A stretch of 64,000 bases of DNA, taken from Bacteroidales bacterium (GTDB lineage Bacteria > Bacteroidota > Bacteroidia > Bacteroidales > WCHB1-69). The notes under the pieces are model-generated. The model was not told the origin of the DNA and ran no database searches. It saw only the letters and a list, made by a program, of their open reading frames with translations. A program made the position numbers and the translations under genes. The stretch covers positions 21,024 to 85,023 of the forward strand of contig JAFYNM010000029.1 of assembly GCA_017549765.1 (NCBI GenBank), written 5' to 3'. Below, piece after piece: positions 19,822 to 29,016 of this stretch. Position 1 is the stretch's first letter. Every line of letters begins with the position of its first letter.

Positions 19822-22371
19822 ATGAAAAAACTATTACTATGTGTGCTCGTGTTCCTATGCGTCTTACCCTGTCTGAACGCCCAGGACAATACGACGAAGA
19901 AAGCCAAAAACAAGAAGGCATCTGCCGATACTACCCAGGTGGTGAACAGCCAGGGTGATGAGAATACTTCGGTGGATCTTAGCGAGGGTCAGAGCGACGA
20001 CTCCGAGGGTGGTGACAACAACTATATCCCGGGTCTGCTGCACTCCAGCCAGGATGTCTATCTCAACAATACCTCCTACACCTTCAGCATCGCCTATTTC
20101 CGTTCCAGAGGCTTGGACAATAAATATCAGGATGTCTGTCTGAACGGCTTTGCGATGAACAGCATGATCACGGACCGCGCCTCCTATTCCCAATGGGGCG
20201 GCTTGAACCATATATTCCGTTATCCGGAGAACATCGCCAACCTGAACCTGGCGGCGTTCACTTTCGGCAATGTGGGTGGGGCCAGCAACTACAACTTGCG
20301 GGCGAGCAACTTCCGCCGTCAGCTGCGTGCCACCTATTCGTTGAGCAACCGCACCTACAACAACCGTGTGATTGTGACGGGTGCTACGGGCGTGATGAAG
20401 AACGGCTGGTCGGTGGCAGGCTCCCTCTCCGCACGCTTCGGACATAACATCTCCTATGTCGAGGGAACCACCTACAACAGTTTCGCCGGCTTCCTCGCCG
20501 TGGAGAAGAAACTTAACGAGGCCAACCATCTCAACTTGTCTGCCTTTGCCTCCTACACCTCGCGCGGCATGCAGGCCAACGCGGTGCAAGAGGTCTATGA
20601 CCTGCTCGACAACCACTATTATAATGCCAACTGGGGCTGGTACCAAGGCAAACAGCGCAACGCCCGCGTACGTACCACCTGCGAGCCGGTCATCCTGCTG
20701 ACGCACACCTACGCCCCCAAGAGCAACAAGATCCATATCCAATCCACCATCGCCACCTCCTTCGGCCGTAACAACACGACGGCCCTCAACTGGTACGATG
20801 TGCCGGATCCGCGTCCCGACTACTACCGCTATCTGCCATCCTATCAGATCTCTAATGGCGATACCAGCAGCTACTACGGCAATATCTTCAACTATTGGGC
20901 TTCCAACGACGAGTCCTATACCCAGGTCAACTGGGACAAGATGTACGAGGTCAACCAGCTGGCCGCGCTCCAAGGCAAACGCGCCCAGTATATGGTGGAG
21001 AACAGAATCTACGACCACTTCCTCCTCGGCGGCAGCTCCAACTTCAACGCCACACTGACAGAACATGTCAAACTCTATGGCGGCGTCGATTTCCGCGGTG
21101 TCAAACAGAAAAACTACAAGACCATCAACGATATGCTGGGCGGCGCCTACTGGCTCGATGTCGATAAGTTCTCCGAAGGCGACTTCCCCGATGACCAGAA
21201 TGTGCAATACAACGACCTCCTGCATATGAACGACACCCTCTATCAGGGTGATATCTTTGGCTATAACTACGATTACCATATCTATACCCAGAAAGCCTGG
21301 GCGGTGGCTGCCTTCACCTATAACCATGTCGATTTCCACATCGGTGGCGAGATCGGCGGTACCGAGTTCTGGCGCTTCGGCCACATGCAGAACGGACGAT
21401 TCCAGAACGAGTCCTATGGCAAGTCCGAGGTCAAAGGCTTCCTTGAAGGCGCTGGCAAGGCCGGCATCACCTACAAGATCAATGGTCGCAACTACCTCGT
21501 GCTGAATGGTACGGCAGTTTCCCAAGCTCCCAGCGTTCTCAATGCGTTCGTGTCCCCGCGTATCCGCAACAAATACGCCGAGAATCTCAAGAACGAGAAA
21601 ATATTCGCAGGCGACTTCTCCTATATCATCACCTATCCGGGTATCAAGATGCGCTTGACAGCCTACTGTGCCCAGATCATGGATGCCACCCGTCTGATCA
21701 GCTTCTATCACGACGACTACGCCAGCATGGTTAACTACTCCATCTCCGGCATCGACCAGCGTCATCTGGGCGCCGAGCTGGGTATGGAGATCAAGCTGGG
21801 TAGCATGTTCTCCCTGATCCTGGCCGGCAACTACGGCGACTACCGCTATTCCGACCGCGCCGAAGTGACTATGAATGCCGACAACGGAACCGACTTCGAA
21901 GGCGATGTGCAACGGACCGTCTATTGGAAGAACTTCCATGTCTCCGGCACTCCGCAAGTGGCGACTACCGCCGGTCTGAAATTTAACTACAACTACTGGT
22001 GGGTCAATATTAACTGCAACTACTTTGACAAGATCTGCTGCGACCTCAACCCCGAGCGCAGAACCTCTACCGCCCGTGGTTCTTTGGATGAGAACTCCGA
22101 ATTGTATCATCAGGTTGTCGATCAAGAACGCCTCAAAGGCCAGTTCACCATGGATCTCTCCGTCAGCAAGTCCTGGCGTATCAAGAGCGGCTGCACCATC
22201 GGCTTCAATGCCAGCGTGACCAACCTGCTCAACAACAAAAATCTGGTGACGACCGCTTGGGAGCAGTATCGTTTCGACTACTCCTCCTACAACGTCAACA
22301 AGTTTGCCAACAAATACTACTATGCGTTTGGAACGACCTTCTATCTCGGTCTTAATCTCACATTCAATTAA
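19822..22371 (+). CDS. TonB-dependent-receptor-like outer membrane beta-barrel protein
   Basis: Signal MKKLLLCVLVFLCVLPCLNAQ, an acidic low-complexity linker, a plug-like segment (RGLDNKYQDVCLNGFAMN..WGGLNHIFRY), a long barrel with alternating aromatics, and a C-terminal LNLTFN. Confidence 0.65.
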   Translation: MKKLLLCVLVFLCVLPCLNAQDNTTKKAKNKKASADTTQVVNSQGDENTSVDLSEGQSDDSEGGDNNYIPGLLHSSQDVYLNNTSYTFSIAYFRSRGLDNKYQDVCLNGFAMNSMITDRASYSQWGGLNHIFRYPENIANLNLAAFTFGNVGGASNYNLRASNFRRQLRATYSLSNRTYNNRVIVTGATGVMKNGWSVAGSLSARFGHNISYVEGTTYNSFAGFLAVEKKLNEANHLNLSAFASYTSRGMQANAVQEVYDLLDNHYYNANWGWYQGKQRNARVRTTCEPVILLTHTYAPKSNKIHIQSTIATSFGRNNTTALNWYDVPDPRPDYYRYLPSYQISNGDTSSYYGNIFNYWASNDESYTQVNWDKMYEVNQLAALQGKRAQYMVENRIYDHFLLGGSSNFNATLTEHVKLYGGVDFRGVKQKNYKTINDMLGGAYWLDVDKFSEGDFPDDQNVQYNDLLHMNDTLYQGDIFGYNYDYHIYTQKAWAVAAFTYNHVDFHIGGEIGGTEFWRFGHMQNGRFQNESYGKSEVKGFLEGAGKAGITYKINGRNYLVLNGTAVSQAPSVLNAFVSPRIRNKYAENLKNEKIFAGDFSYIITYPGIKMRLTAYCAQIMDATRLISFYHDDYASMVNYSISGIDQRHLGAELGMEIKLGSMFSLILAGNYGDYRYSDRAEVTMNADNGTDFEGDVQRTVYWKNFHVSGTPQVATTAGLKFNYNYWWVNINCNYFDKICCDLNPERRTSTARGSLDENSELYHQVVDQERLKGQFTMDLSVSKSWRIKSGCTIGFNASVTNLLNNKNLVTTAWEQYRFDYSSYNVNKFANKYYYAFGTTFYLGLNLTFN

Positions 22372-22389
22372 TAGAAAAATCGGACAACA

Positions 22390-23649
22390 ATGAAGATAAT
22401 GAAACATATATCTGTTCTGTCGCTGATATGCGGCATAGGCCTTTTCCTCGCCTCCTGCAACTGGGAGCAGGATGTGGCACCGGTCCCCACCTTTGACGGG
22501 GTTGCCAATATGACGATCGCCGAGTTGCTGGAATACCACACCATCGGCTCTACAAACTCCTTTGATTCCATCCCTGCCGGTACCATCATCTCCGGTATCG
22601 TGGTCAGTTCCGACGAGCATGGCAACTGCTATAAATACATTAATATTGAAGATGGAACTGCCGGTATCCAGATCAAGATCGACAATTCAACACTCTATCA
22701 CAAATATCCTCTGGGACAGCGTGTCTATGTCAAATGCGACGGCCTGGTGTTGGGCGACTATTACAAACTGCCGCAGCTGGGCATGTGGGAGAATGGCTCC
22801 ATGCAGGGCATTCCTTCCTCGAAGACATCCAAGTATATCTTCTGCGATGGCCTGCCAATCAACATGGAGGAGGATTTCACCCCGATAGTGTTGACCTCCA
22901 TCCCCACGGCCGACAATATGCCGACCACCTACTATAACCGCTTGGTCAAGTTGGAGAACGCCACCTTTGTGGAGGGCGGCGCAGCCACCTACTGTCTGCC
23001 CAATGCCTCCACAAGCCACGATATCCGCATGGCCGACGGCTCTACCATCACGATGCGTACCAGCAACTATGCCGACTTCATCAACGAGATGCTGCCAGTC
23101 GGCACGGGCACCGTCTATGGCATATTGACCCGTTATAACAACTATGTGCAGATCGTGATTCGCAGCCTTGACGATGTGCAGGGCTTCGTGGCACCACAAG
23201 AGACGCAGACCATTTTCAGTGTCAACTATGCCACGGCTTTCGAGAATGGATGGATTCATGGTGCCGGCTGGACTGTATTGTCCAACAGCAGCTTTACGGG
23301 CTTCTACTACAACGGCTCCTCCGCCGACGGCAGCTGGCTGATCTCTCCGGCCATCAATCTGAGTGCGGTCAGTAGCCCCGAACTCACTTTTACCCATCGC
23401 GCTCCCCAGGGTTTCAATGCGCAGAAGATGATGTGCTATTACACGGATCATTATACGGGCGATGTGAATACCACCCTCTGGATCCCGCTCTCGCTGAACG
23501 CTACTGAAGGGACCAACACTTTTGTGAACGAACATTTCAACCTGCCCGACGGCGCCTTGACGGAGGATTTCCGCATTGCCTTCAAGACGATGGGCGACAA
23601 TGCTCAATGGGCTGTCAACAATATCACAATTACTGGTTTAGCAAAATAA
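22390..23649 (+). CDS. DUF5689-like lipoprotein with C-terminal choice-of-anchor-J-like domain
   Basis: Lipobox LFLASC. OB-like core NCYKYINIEDGTAGIQIKI. C-terminal WLISPAINL jelly-roll motif. Family assignment is from memory. Confidence 0.6.
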   Translation: MKIMKHISVLSLICGIGLFLASCNWEQDVAPVPTFDGVANMTIAELLEYHTIGSTNSFDSIPAGTIISGIVVSSDEHGNCYKYINIEDGTAGIQIKIDNSTLYHKYPLGQRVYVKCDGLVLGDYYKLPQLGMWENGSMQGIPSSKTSKYIFCDGLPINMEEDFTPIVLTSIPTADNMPTTYYNRLVKLENATFVEGGAATYCLPNASTSHDIRMADGSTITMRTSNYADFINEMLPVGTGTVYGILTRYNNYVQIVIRSLDDVQGFVAPQETQTIFSVNYATAFENGWIHGAGWTVLSNSSFTGFYYNGSSADGSWLISPAINLSAVSSPELTFTHRAPQGFNAQKMMCYYTDHYTGDVNTTLWIPLSLNATEGTNTFVNEHFNLPDGALTEDFRIAFKTMGDNAQWAVNNITITGLAK

Positions 23650-23658
23650 TCATCCATC

Positions 23659-24966
23659 ATGAAAAGAATCAATACCTACCTCATAATATTGTCAGCCGTG
23701 ATGGCTGGTCTGTTCAGCTCCTGCAACCGTTGGGAGGAACCAGAATTCCAAGTACCTGTCTATGACGGTCCCGCCGCCAACCATACTATCGCCGACATCA
23801 AGGCCATGCACCCCAATCTGGGCGCAGGTGCGCAAGACTCTATCTGCAGCTATGATGATGTCTTCATCGTCAAGGCTGTCGTCGTCAGTTCCGACCAAGG
23901 CGGCAACTGCTACAAATATCTGACCATCCAGGACGAGACCGGCGGCATCGAGATCTCCATCGACCGCACTGGCTTATATAACGAGTATCCTGTCGGCCAA
24001 ACCGTCTATCTGGACTGCCGCGGTCTTATCGTGGGCGACTATCACAATAAGTATCAGATCGGTTGGAAATACAATGGCTCTGTGGGACGTATCAACCAAG
24101 CCGCTCTCGGCCAGTACTTGCACAAGGATGGCCTTCCAGACCTGAACAATCCAATCGTCGCTCATCCCATTGAGGTGACCGGCACCACTCAACTGACCCC
24201 CGAAAATGTCAATTGTCTCGTCAAGATCAACGGTTGCAAGTTCGACTCCCAACATCATGGTCTGCCGCTGGCATCCAACGACTTTACCTGCGATCGCACC
24301 GTCTATATCAACGGCACGCCGATTATCGTCAGAACCTCCAATTATGCCTATTTCCGCAATATCATTATCGATGCTACCAAGGAGTATTGTCTATATGGCA
24401 TCCTCTCGGTTTATAACTCCGAATATCAGCTGACGCTGCGTACGAAAGAGGATATCCAAGAGATGTTGCAGGATGAAGTGCTGGTGGAAGACTATGTGCA
24501 TGCCAACACCTTGACAAATGGCACTTGGAGCCGCTATCCGGTTACCGATGCTTGGCAATACCGCAGCTTCCAGGGCACCGATATCATCTTCCATAATGCT
24601 GCAACGGAGGAGTGCGACGACTGGCTCATCTCGCCCGTCATCAATCTGGCAAGTTTGAATTCCATGGAGGATGTGATCTTGGAGATCAAGCATCAGAACA
24701 ATGTGGGCGGAAGTCTGGCCTCCTATTATCAAGTCTATTATTCCACCACATACACGGATGGGGAAGACCCTGCCACGCATGGCGACTGGCATCCGTTTAC
24801 CCCGAATCTCAATGTGTTCCCGACCTCTTTTGGCTGGAGTAACACCTTGGATCTTAGTGTGGTGCCGAGCAAGACCTTCCGTTTTGCACTACGCTATCAC
24901 AAGAATGGCAATCCGAATGGCACCGCATGGGCCTATCAGGGCTATAAAATAACGAAATTGAATTGA
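23659..24966 (+). CDS. DUF5689-like lipoprotein with C-terminal choice-of-anchor-J-like domain (paralog)
   Basis: Lipobox LFSSC. NCYKYLTIQDETGGIEISI and WLISPVINL, collinear with the upstream paralog. Confidence 0.6.
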   Translation: MKRINTYLIILSAVMAGLFSSCNRWEEPEFQVPVYDGPAANHTIADIKAMHPNLGAGAQDSICSYDDVFIVKAVVVSSDQGGNCYKYLTIQDETGGIEISIDRTGLYNEYPVGQTVYLDCRGLIVGDYHNKYQIGWKYNGSVGRINQAALGQYLHKDGLPDLNNPIVAHPIEVTGTTQLTPENVNCLVKINGCKFDSQHHGLPLASNDFTCDRTVYINGTPIIVRTSNYAYFRNIIIDATKEYCLYGILSVYNSEYQLTLRTKEDIQEMLQDEVLVEDYVHANTLTNGTWSRYPVTDAWQYRSFQGTDIIFHNAATEECDDWLISPVINLASLNSMEDVILEIKHQNNVGGSLASYYQVYYSTTYTDGEDPATHGDWHPFTPNLNVFPTSFGWSNTLDLSVVPSKTFRFALRYHKNGNPNGTAWAYQGYKITKLN

Positions 24967-24975
24967 TGAAACTTA

Positions 24976-24998
24976 GCCATGAGTTGTTGGCTCATGGC
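24976..24998 (+). terminator. hairpin after the DUF5689 pair (possible terminator, no T-run)
   Basis: 8-bp stem GCCATGAG / CTCATGGC with a 7-nt loop. Confidence 0.3.
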
Positions 24999-25027
24999 CA
25001 ATATTAATAACAAACTACCCAAAACTA

Positions 25028-26236
25028 ATGAGAAACCTGAGCTCCATTGAGGAGACGTTAGAAGACTTGAAAGCGGGCAAGTTCATCATCATGGTGGATG
25101 ATGAAGACCGCGAGAATGAAGGAGATTTTATCATAGCAGCGGAGAAGATTACCCCGGAGAAGGTGAACTTCATGCTGCAATACGGACGAGGGGTCCTCTG
25201 TGTGCCCCTGACCAAAGAGCGTTGCGAACAGCTGGACTTGTCCATGCAGGTTAATGACAATACGTCGATGCACGGCACGCCGTTCACGGTGACGGTGGAC
25301 CTGTTAGGTCATGGCTGCACCACTGGTGTCTCCATGTCGGACCGTGCCGCCACCATCAAGGCGTTGGCGGATCCGACGATGAAGCCTTCCAACTTCGGCC
25401 GTCCGGGACATGTCAACCCCTTGCGTGCCCGCGACGGGGGCGTGCTCGTGCGTGCCGGCCATACAGAGGCGACGGTCGATATGTGCCGCCTCGCCGGCCT
25501 GCAGCCGGTGGGCTCCCTTATAGAGGTCATCAACCCCGATGGCACTATGGCCCGCCTGCCGCAGCTGCTGGAGATTGCAGAGAAGCATGACATCAAGGTG
25601 ACCAGCATCGAGAAGCTGATTGCCTATCGTCTGCAGCGCGAGACCCTCATCCGCAAGGAACAGGAGGTCAACCTGCCGACCCGCTGGGGCACCTTCCGCC
25701 TCATCGCCTATACACAGCTTAACAACGGCGCCACCCATCTGGCCCTCAAGAAGGGCGAATGGGAGGCAGGGGAGCCCGTCATGGTACGCGTCCACTCCTC
25801 CTGTGCCACGGGCGACATCTTTGGCTCCTGCAAGTGCGACTGCGGTGACCAGCTCCATAATGCTATGCAGATGGTCGATAAGGAAGGCAAAGGGTTGATT
25901 CTCTATATGAGTCAGGAGGGCCGTGGCATCGGCCTTATCAACAAGCTGCGGGCTTATCACCTGCAAGAGCTGGGGCGCGACACCGTGGAGGCCAACATCG
26001 AGCTGGGCTTCAAAGCCGATGAGCGCGACTACGGCATCGGCGCGCAGATCCTGCGCGACCTCAAAGCCACCAATGTGCGCCTCATCACCAACAATCCCGC
26101 CAAACGGGTCGGACTTGACGCCCACGGCATCAACATCACCGAGACGATACCCATCATCATTGCGCCTAACAAAGACAACGCCCGCTATCTCAAGACCAAA
26201 CAGGAGAAGATGGGCCACGACCTGCATCTCGACTAA
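25028..26236 (+). CDS. ribBA: bifunctional 3,4-dihydroxy-2-butanone-4-phosphate synthase / GTP cyclohydrolase II
   Basis: 402 aa. RibB motif [12 protein letters not shown] and RibA zinc motif [18 protein letters not shown]. Confidence 0.93.
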   Translation: MRNLSSIEETLEDLKAGKFIIMVDDEDRENEGDFIIAAEKITPEKVNFMLQYGRGVLCVPLTKERCEQLDLSMQVNDNTSMHGTPFTVTVDLLGHGCTTGVSMSDRAATIKALADPTMKPSNFGRPGHVNPLRARDGGVLVRAGHTEATVDMCRLAGLQPVGSLIEVINPDGTMARLPQLLEIAEKHDIKVTSIEKLIAYRLQRETLIRKEQEVNLPTRWGTFRLIAYTQLNNGATHLALKKGEWEAGEPVMVRVHSSCATGDIFGSCKCDCGDQLHNAMQMVDKEGKGLILYMSQEGRGIGLINKLRAYHLQELGRDTVEANIELGFKADERDYGIGAQILRDLKATNVRLITNNPAKRVGLDAHGINITETIPIIIAPNKDNARYLKTKQEKMGHDLHLD

Positions 26237-26241
26237 TTATT

Positions 26242-27048
26242 TTGAGTTTTATGGCCAAGAAAGGAACAAAGACGAAAAAAACTGCCAAAAAGAACTCTTT
26301 CTGGCGGGTGGTCGGCAAGATTGTACTGGCCCTCGTCTTGATCAGCATTCTGCTGCCCATCGCCTACCGCTGGATCAACCCGCCGGTGACGCTGCTGATG
26401 CTCCGGCGTGCGGTCTTTGACGGTCAGTCCATCGAGAAGAAATGGAAGCCTATCGAGGAGATATCCCCCTATATGTACAAGGCTGCCATCGCCTCCGAGG
26501 ATAACTATTTTCTAGGCCATCGGGGTTTTGACATCATCGCCATCGACCAGGCCATCCAAGAGCGTGAGCACGGCCGCAAGCGCGGTGCCAGCACCATCTC
26601 GCAGCAGACGGCCAAGAACGTATTCCTTTGGCCCAAGAGCTCGTGGGTGCGCAAAGGCTTTGAGGTCTATTACACTTTCATGATCGAGACTTTCTGGGGC
26701 AAGGAACGCATCATGGAGGTCTATCTCAACGTCATCGAGATGGGGCCGGGCATCTATGGCGCCGAAGCCGCTGCACAGCACTACTTCCATTGCAGCGCCA
26801 AGAACCTGAGCGCACACCAGGCAGCCCTCATCACGGCCTGCTATCCCGCACCTATGAAGCGCAATCCCGCCAGACCGTCCGGCTATGTGTCCAACCAGGC
26901 CTCCATCATCCAAGGACGTATGGCCAAGTATGGCAACCCTAAATTCACCAAAGAGTATATCCAAGGCTGCCGCGAACGCTACAAGAAAGCCGTAGATAAA
27001 TGGGAAAGCAAAAAGAAGAAACAATTGAAGCGGAAAAAGAAGAAATAA
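26242..27048 (+). CDS. mtgA: monofunctional biosynthetic peptidoglycan transglycosylase
   Basis: 268 aa. TM anchor and GT51 motifs ASEDNYF and RGASTISQQTAKN. Confidence 0.9.
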   Translation: MSFMAKKGTKTKKTAKKNSFWRVVGKIVLALVLISILLPIAYRWINPPVTLLMLRRAVFDGQSIEKKWKPIEEISPYMYKAAIASEDNYFLGHRGFDIIAIDQAIQEREHGRKRGASTISQQTAKNVFLWPKSSWVRKGFEVYYTFMIETFWGKERIMEVYLNVIEMGPGIYGAEAAAQHYFHCSAKNLSAHQAALITACYPAPMKRNPARPSGYVSNQASIIQGRMAKYGNPKFTKEYIQGCRERYKKAVDKWESKKKKQLKRKKKK

Positions 27049-27070
27049 ACGACCATATTCATTTTTTTTC

Positions 27071-27078
27071 TACTTTTG
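27071..27078 (+). promoter_or_regulatory. -7 promoter box TACTTTTG (kbl, long leader)
   Basis: Exact TAnnTTTG, 155 nt upstream of the kbl ATG. Confidence 0.4.
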
Positions 27079-27124
27079 CACCTCTATAAATCAACACTCT
27101 TACTCCAAACACTACCCAACACTC

Positions 27125-27169
27125 CTTAGTTTCTTAGTTTCTTAACTCCTTAACTCCTTACTGCTTATC
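27125..27169. repeat. octamer array CTTAGTTT x2, CTTAACTC x2, CTTACTG, CTTATC
   Basis: Read directly. These units are the reverse complements of the units at 58139-58162 and 58218-58249. Confidence 0.85.
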
Positions 27170-27232
27170 TTTACATCTCACCCGTTATGATTTAATAGTT
27201 TAATATCTTCATAACTTAATAAACGTAACACA

Positions 27233-28423
27233 ATGTACACCAATTTTCAAAACCATCTTCAGAAAGAATTAGCCGACATCAAAGAAGCCGGTTTGTACAA
27301 GAATGAAAGAATCATCGCCTCTCCCCAGAGCGGTGAGATCACGCTGCAGGACGGCAGCAAGGTGCTGAACTTCTGCGCCAACAACTATCTGGGCCTTGCC
27401 AACGACGCACGTCTGATCGCCGCCGCCAAGGAAGCCCTTGACACCCACGGCTATGGTATGGCCTCCGTGCGCTTCATCTGCGGTTGCTCTGACCTTCATA
27501 AGGCTCTCGAGAAGAAGATCGCCGAGTTCTTCGGCACTGAGGACACCATCCTTTATGCTGCTTGTTTCGATGCTAACGGCGGTGTGTTCGAGCCTCTGCT
27601 CACCGATCAGGACGCCATCATCTCCGACGCCCTCAACCACGCCTCCATCATCGATGGTGTGCGCCTCTGCAAGGCTGTCCGCTATCGTTACAAAAACGCC
27701 GACATGGCCGACCTCGAGGAGCAACTCAAGGCAGCTCAGGCACAGCGTTTCCGCATCATCGTCACCGACGGCGTGTTCTCCATGGACGGCAACGTATGTC
27801 CGCTCGACAAGATTTATGAGCTGGCTCAGAAATATGACGCCATGGTCATGGTCGATGAGAGCCACTCCGCTGGCGTGGTGGGCAACACCGGCCGCGGCGT
27901 GACCGAGCGCTACAACCTGCGCGGCAAGATCGAGATTCTCACCGGCACCCTGGGCAAAGCCTTTGGTGGCGCTATCGGCGGTTTTACCACTGGTAAGAAG
28001 GAGATCATCGACATGCTGCGTCAACGCTCCCGTCCGTACCTCTTCTCCAACTCCATCCCTCCGATGGTGGCTGCTGCCGGCTGCAAGATGGTCGATATCA
28101 TGTCCGAGACCAACGAGCTGCAAGACAAGCTGCACAGCAACACCGAGTATTTCGTGGCCAAGATGAAAGCCGCCGGCTTCGACATCAAACCGACGGAGTC
28201 CGCTATCTGCGCCGTGATGCTCTATGACGCCAAACTGTCTCAAGTGATGGCCGCCAAACTGCAGGAGGAAGGCATCTATGTCACCGGTTTCTACTATCCT
28301 GTGGTACCGAAAGACCAAGCCCGTATCCGCGTGCAGATTTCCGCCGCTCACGAGCCCGAGCACCTCGACAAGTGCATCGCCGCCTTCACCAAGATCGGCA
28401 AGGAACTGGGCGTGCTGAAATAA
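27233..28423 (+). CDS. kbl: glycine C-acetyltransferase (2-amino-3-ketobutyrate CoA ligase)
   Basis: 396 aa, collinear with E. coli Kbl as I remember it (NFCANNYLGLA, ASVRFICG, DALNHASIIDGVRLCKA, PLP-lysine TLGKAFGG, RPYLFSNS). Confidence 0.85.
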   Translation: MYTNFQNHLQKELADIKEAGLYKNERIIASPQSGEITLQDGSKVLNFCANNYLGLANDARLIAAAKEALDTHGYGMASVRFICGCSDLHKALEKKIAEFFGTEDTILYAACFDANGGVFEPLLTDQDAIISDALNHASIIDGVRLCKAVRYRYKNADMADLEEQLKAAQAQRFRIIVTDGVFSMDGNVCPLDKIYELAQKYDAMVMVDESHSAGVVGNTGRGVTERYNLRGKIEILTGTLGKAFGGAIGGFTTGKKEIIDMLRQRSRPYLFSNSIPPMVAAAGCKMVDIMSETNELQDKLHSNTEYFVAKMKAAGFDIKPTESAICAVMLYDAKLSQVMAAKLQEEGIYVTGFYYPVVPKDQARIRVQISAAHEPEHLDKCIAAFTKIGKELGVLK

Positions 28424-28496
28424 TCGCAAAATCTATCACAATATTATTGACAAGAAATCGTTTTAACATCATTATTAATAAAAAAAAATCGTAACA

Positions 28497-28910
28497 ATGA
28501 AAAAGATCGCTTTATTCGCACTTGTATGCTGCGCTTTTGTGCTCTCAAGCTGCAACAGAAATCAACAGACTTATGTGACCACAACGGATTATGTATTCCT
28601 CAACCCGACCAACGCTATCAGCGCCAAGGCCATCGTATCCACCATCAACCTCTACTGGGATGGCGAGTATGTGTTCACCGGCAACGATGTGAACTATACC
28701 GATGTGAAGGCTAAAACCAAATTCATCAGCGCTGTGGGTGCTATCTTGGCTCGCGGTGGCGATATCAAACAATATATGGAAGGCAATGACTATTTCTTGT
28801 ACAATCTGTACAGAAAGTCTGACAATGAGTTGCTGGTGTCCTACAAGTTCTATCTCGAAGAGGACGGCGACTTCACCTCTCAGAAAATTGTGGATGTCGT
28901 GGAAGAATAG
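28497..28910 (+). CDS. hypothetical lipoprotein
   Basis: 137 aa. Signal with lipobox VLSSC. No recognisable family. Confidence 0.6.
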   Translation: MKKIALFALVCCAFVLSSCNRNQQTYVTTTDYVFLNPTNAISAKAIVSTINLYWDGEYVFTGNDVNYTDVKAKTKFISAVGAILARGGDIKQYMEGNDYFLYNLYRKSDNELLVSYKFYLEEDGDFTSQKIVDVVEE

Positions 28911-28930
28911 TCTCTTGCGACACTAGATCG

Positions 28931-28963
28931 AAAAAGAGCCTCCATATCGGGGGCTCTTTTTTT
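28931..28963. terminator. bidirectional rho-independent terminator between convergent genes
   Basis: AAAAAGAGCC-loop-GGCTCTTTTTTT: a GAGCC/GGCTC stem flanked by an A-run and a T-run. Confidence 0.7.
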
Positions 28964-29016
28964 ATGATTTGATGTCTTTAGAAAAAGGTATGTCTTTGCA
29001 TTGACCGTAAGATAGA

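Noticed and set aside
19864-22620. 918-aa ORF on the minus strand opposite the TonB-dependent-like barrel gene
   Set aside because: It is a shadow ORF typical of GC-rich coding DNA. It is G/V/D/A/H-rich with no signal, motifs or promoter box. The plus-strand frame has a signal peptide, barrel periodicity and operon partners.
27233-28423. Kbl-like gene considered as a Bacteroidales serine palmitoyltransferase (sphingolipid synthesis)
   Set aside because: Collinearity with E. coli Kbl as I remember it is very high along the whole length, including substrate-loop motifs. Without a phylogeny the Spt alternative is not supported. It remains a minor possibility.
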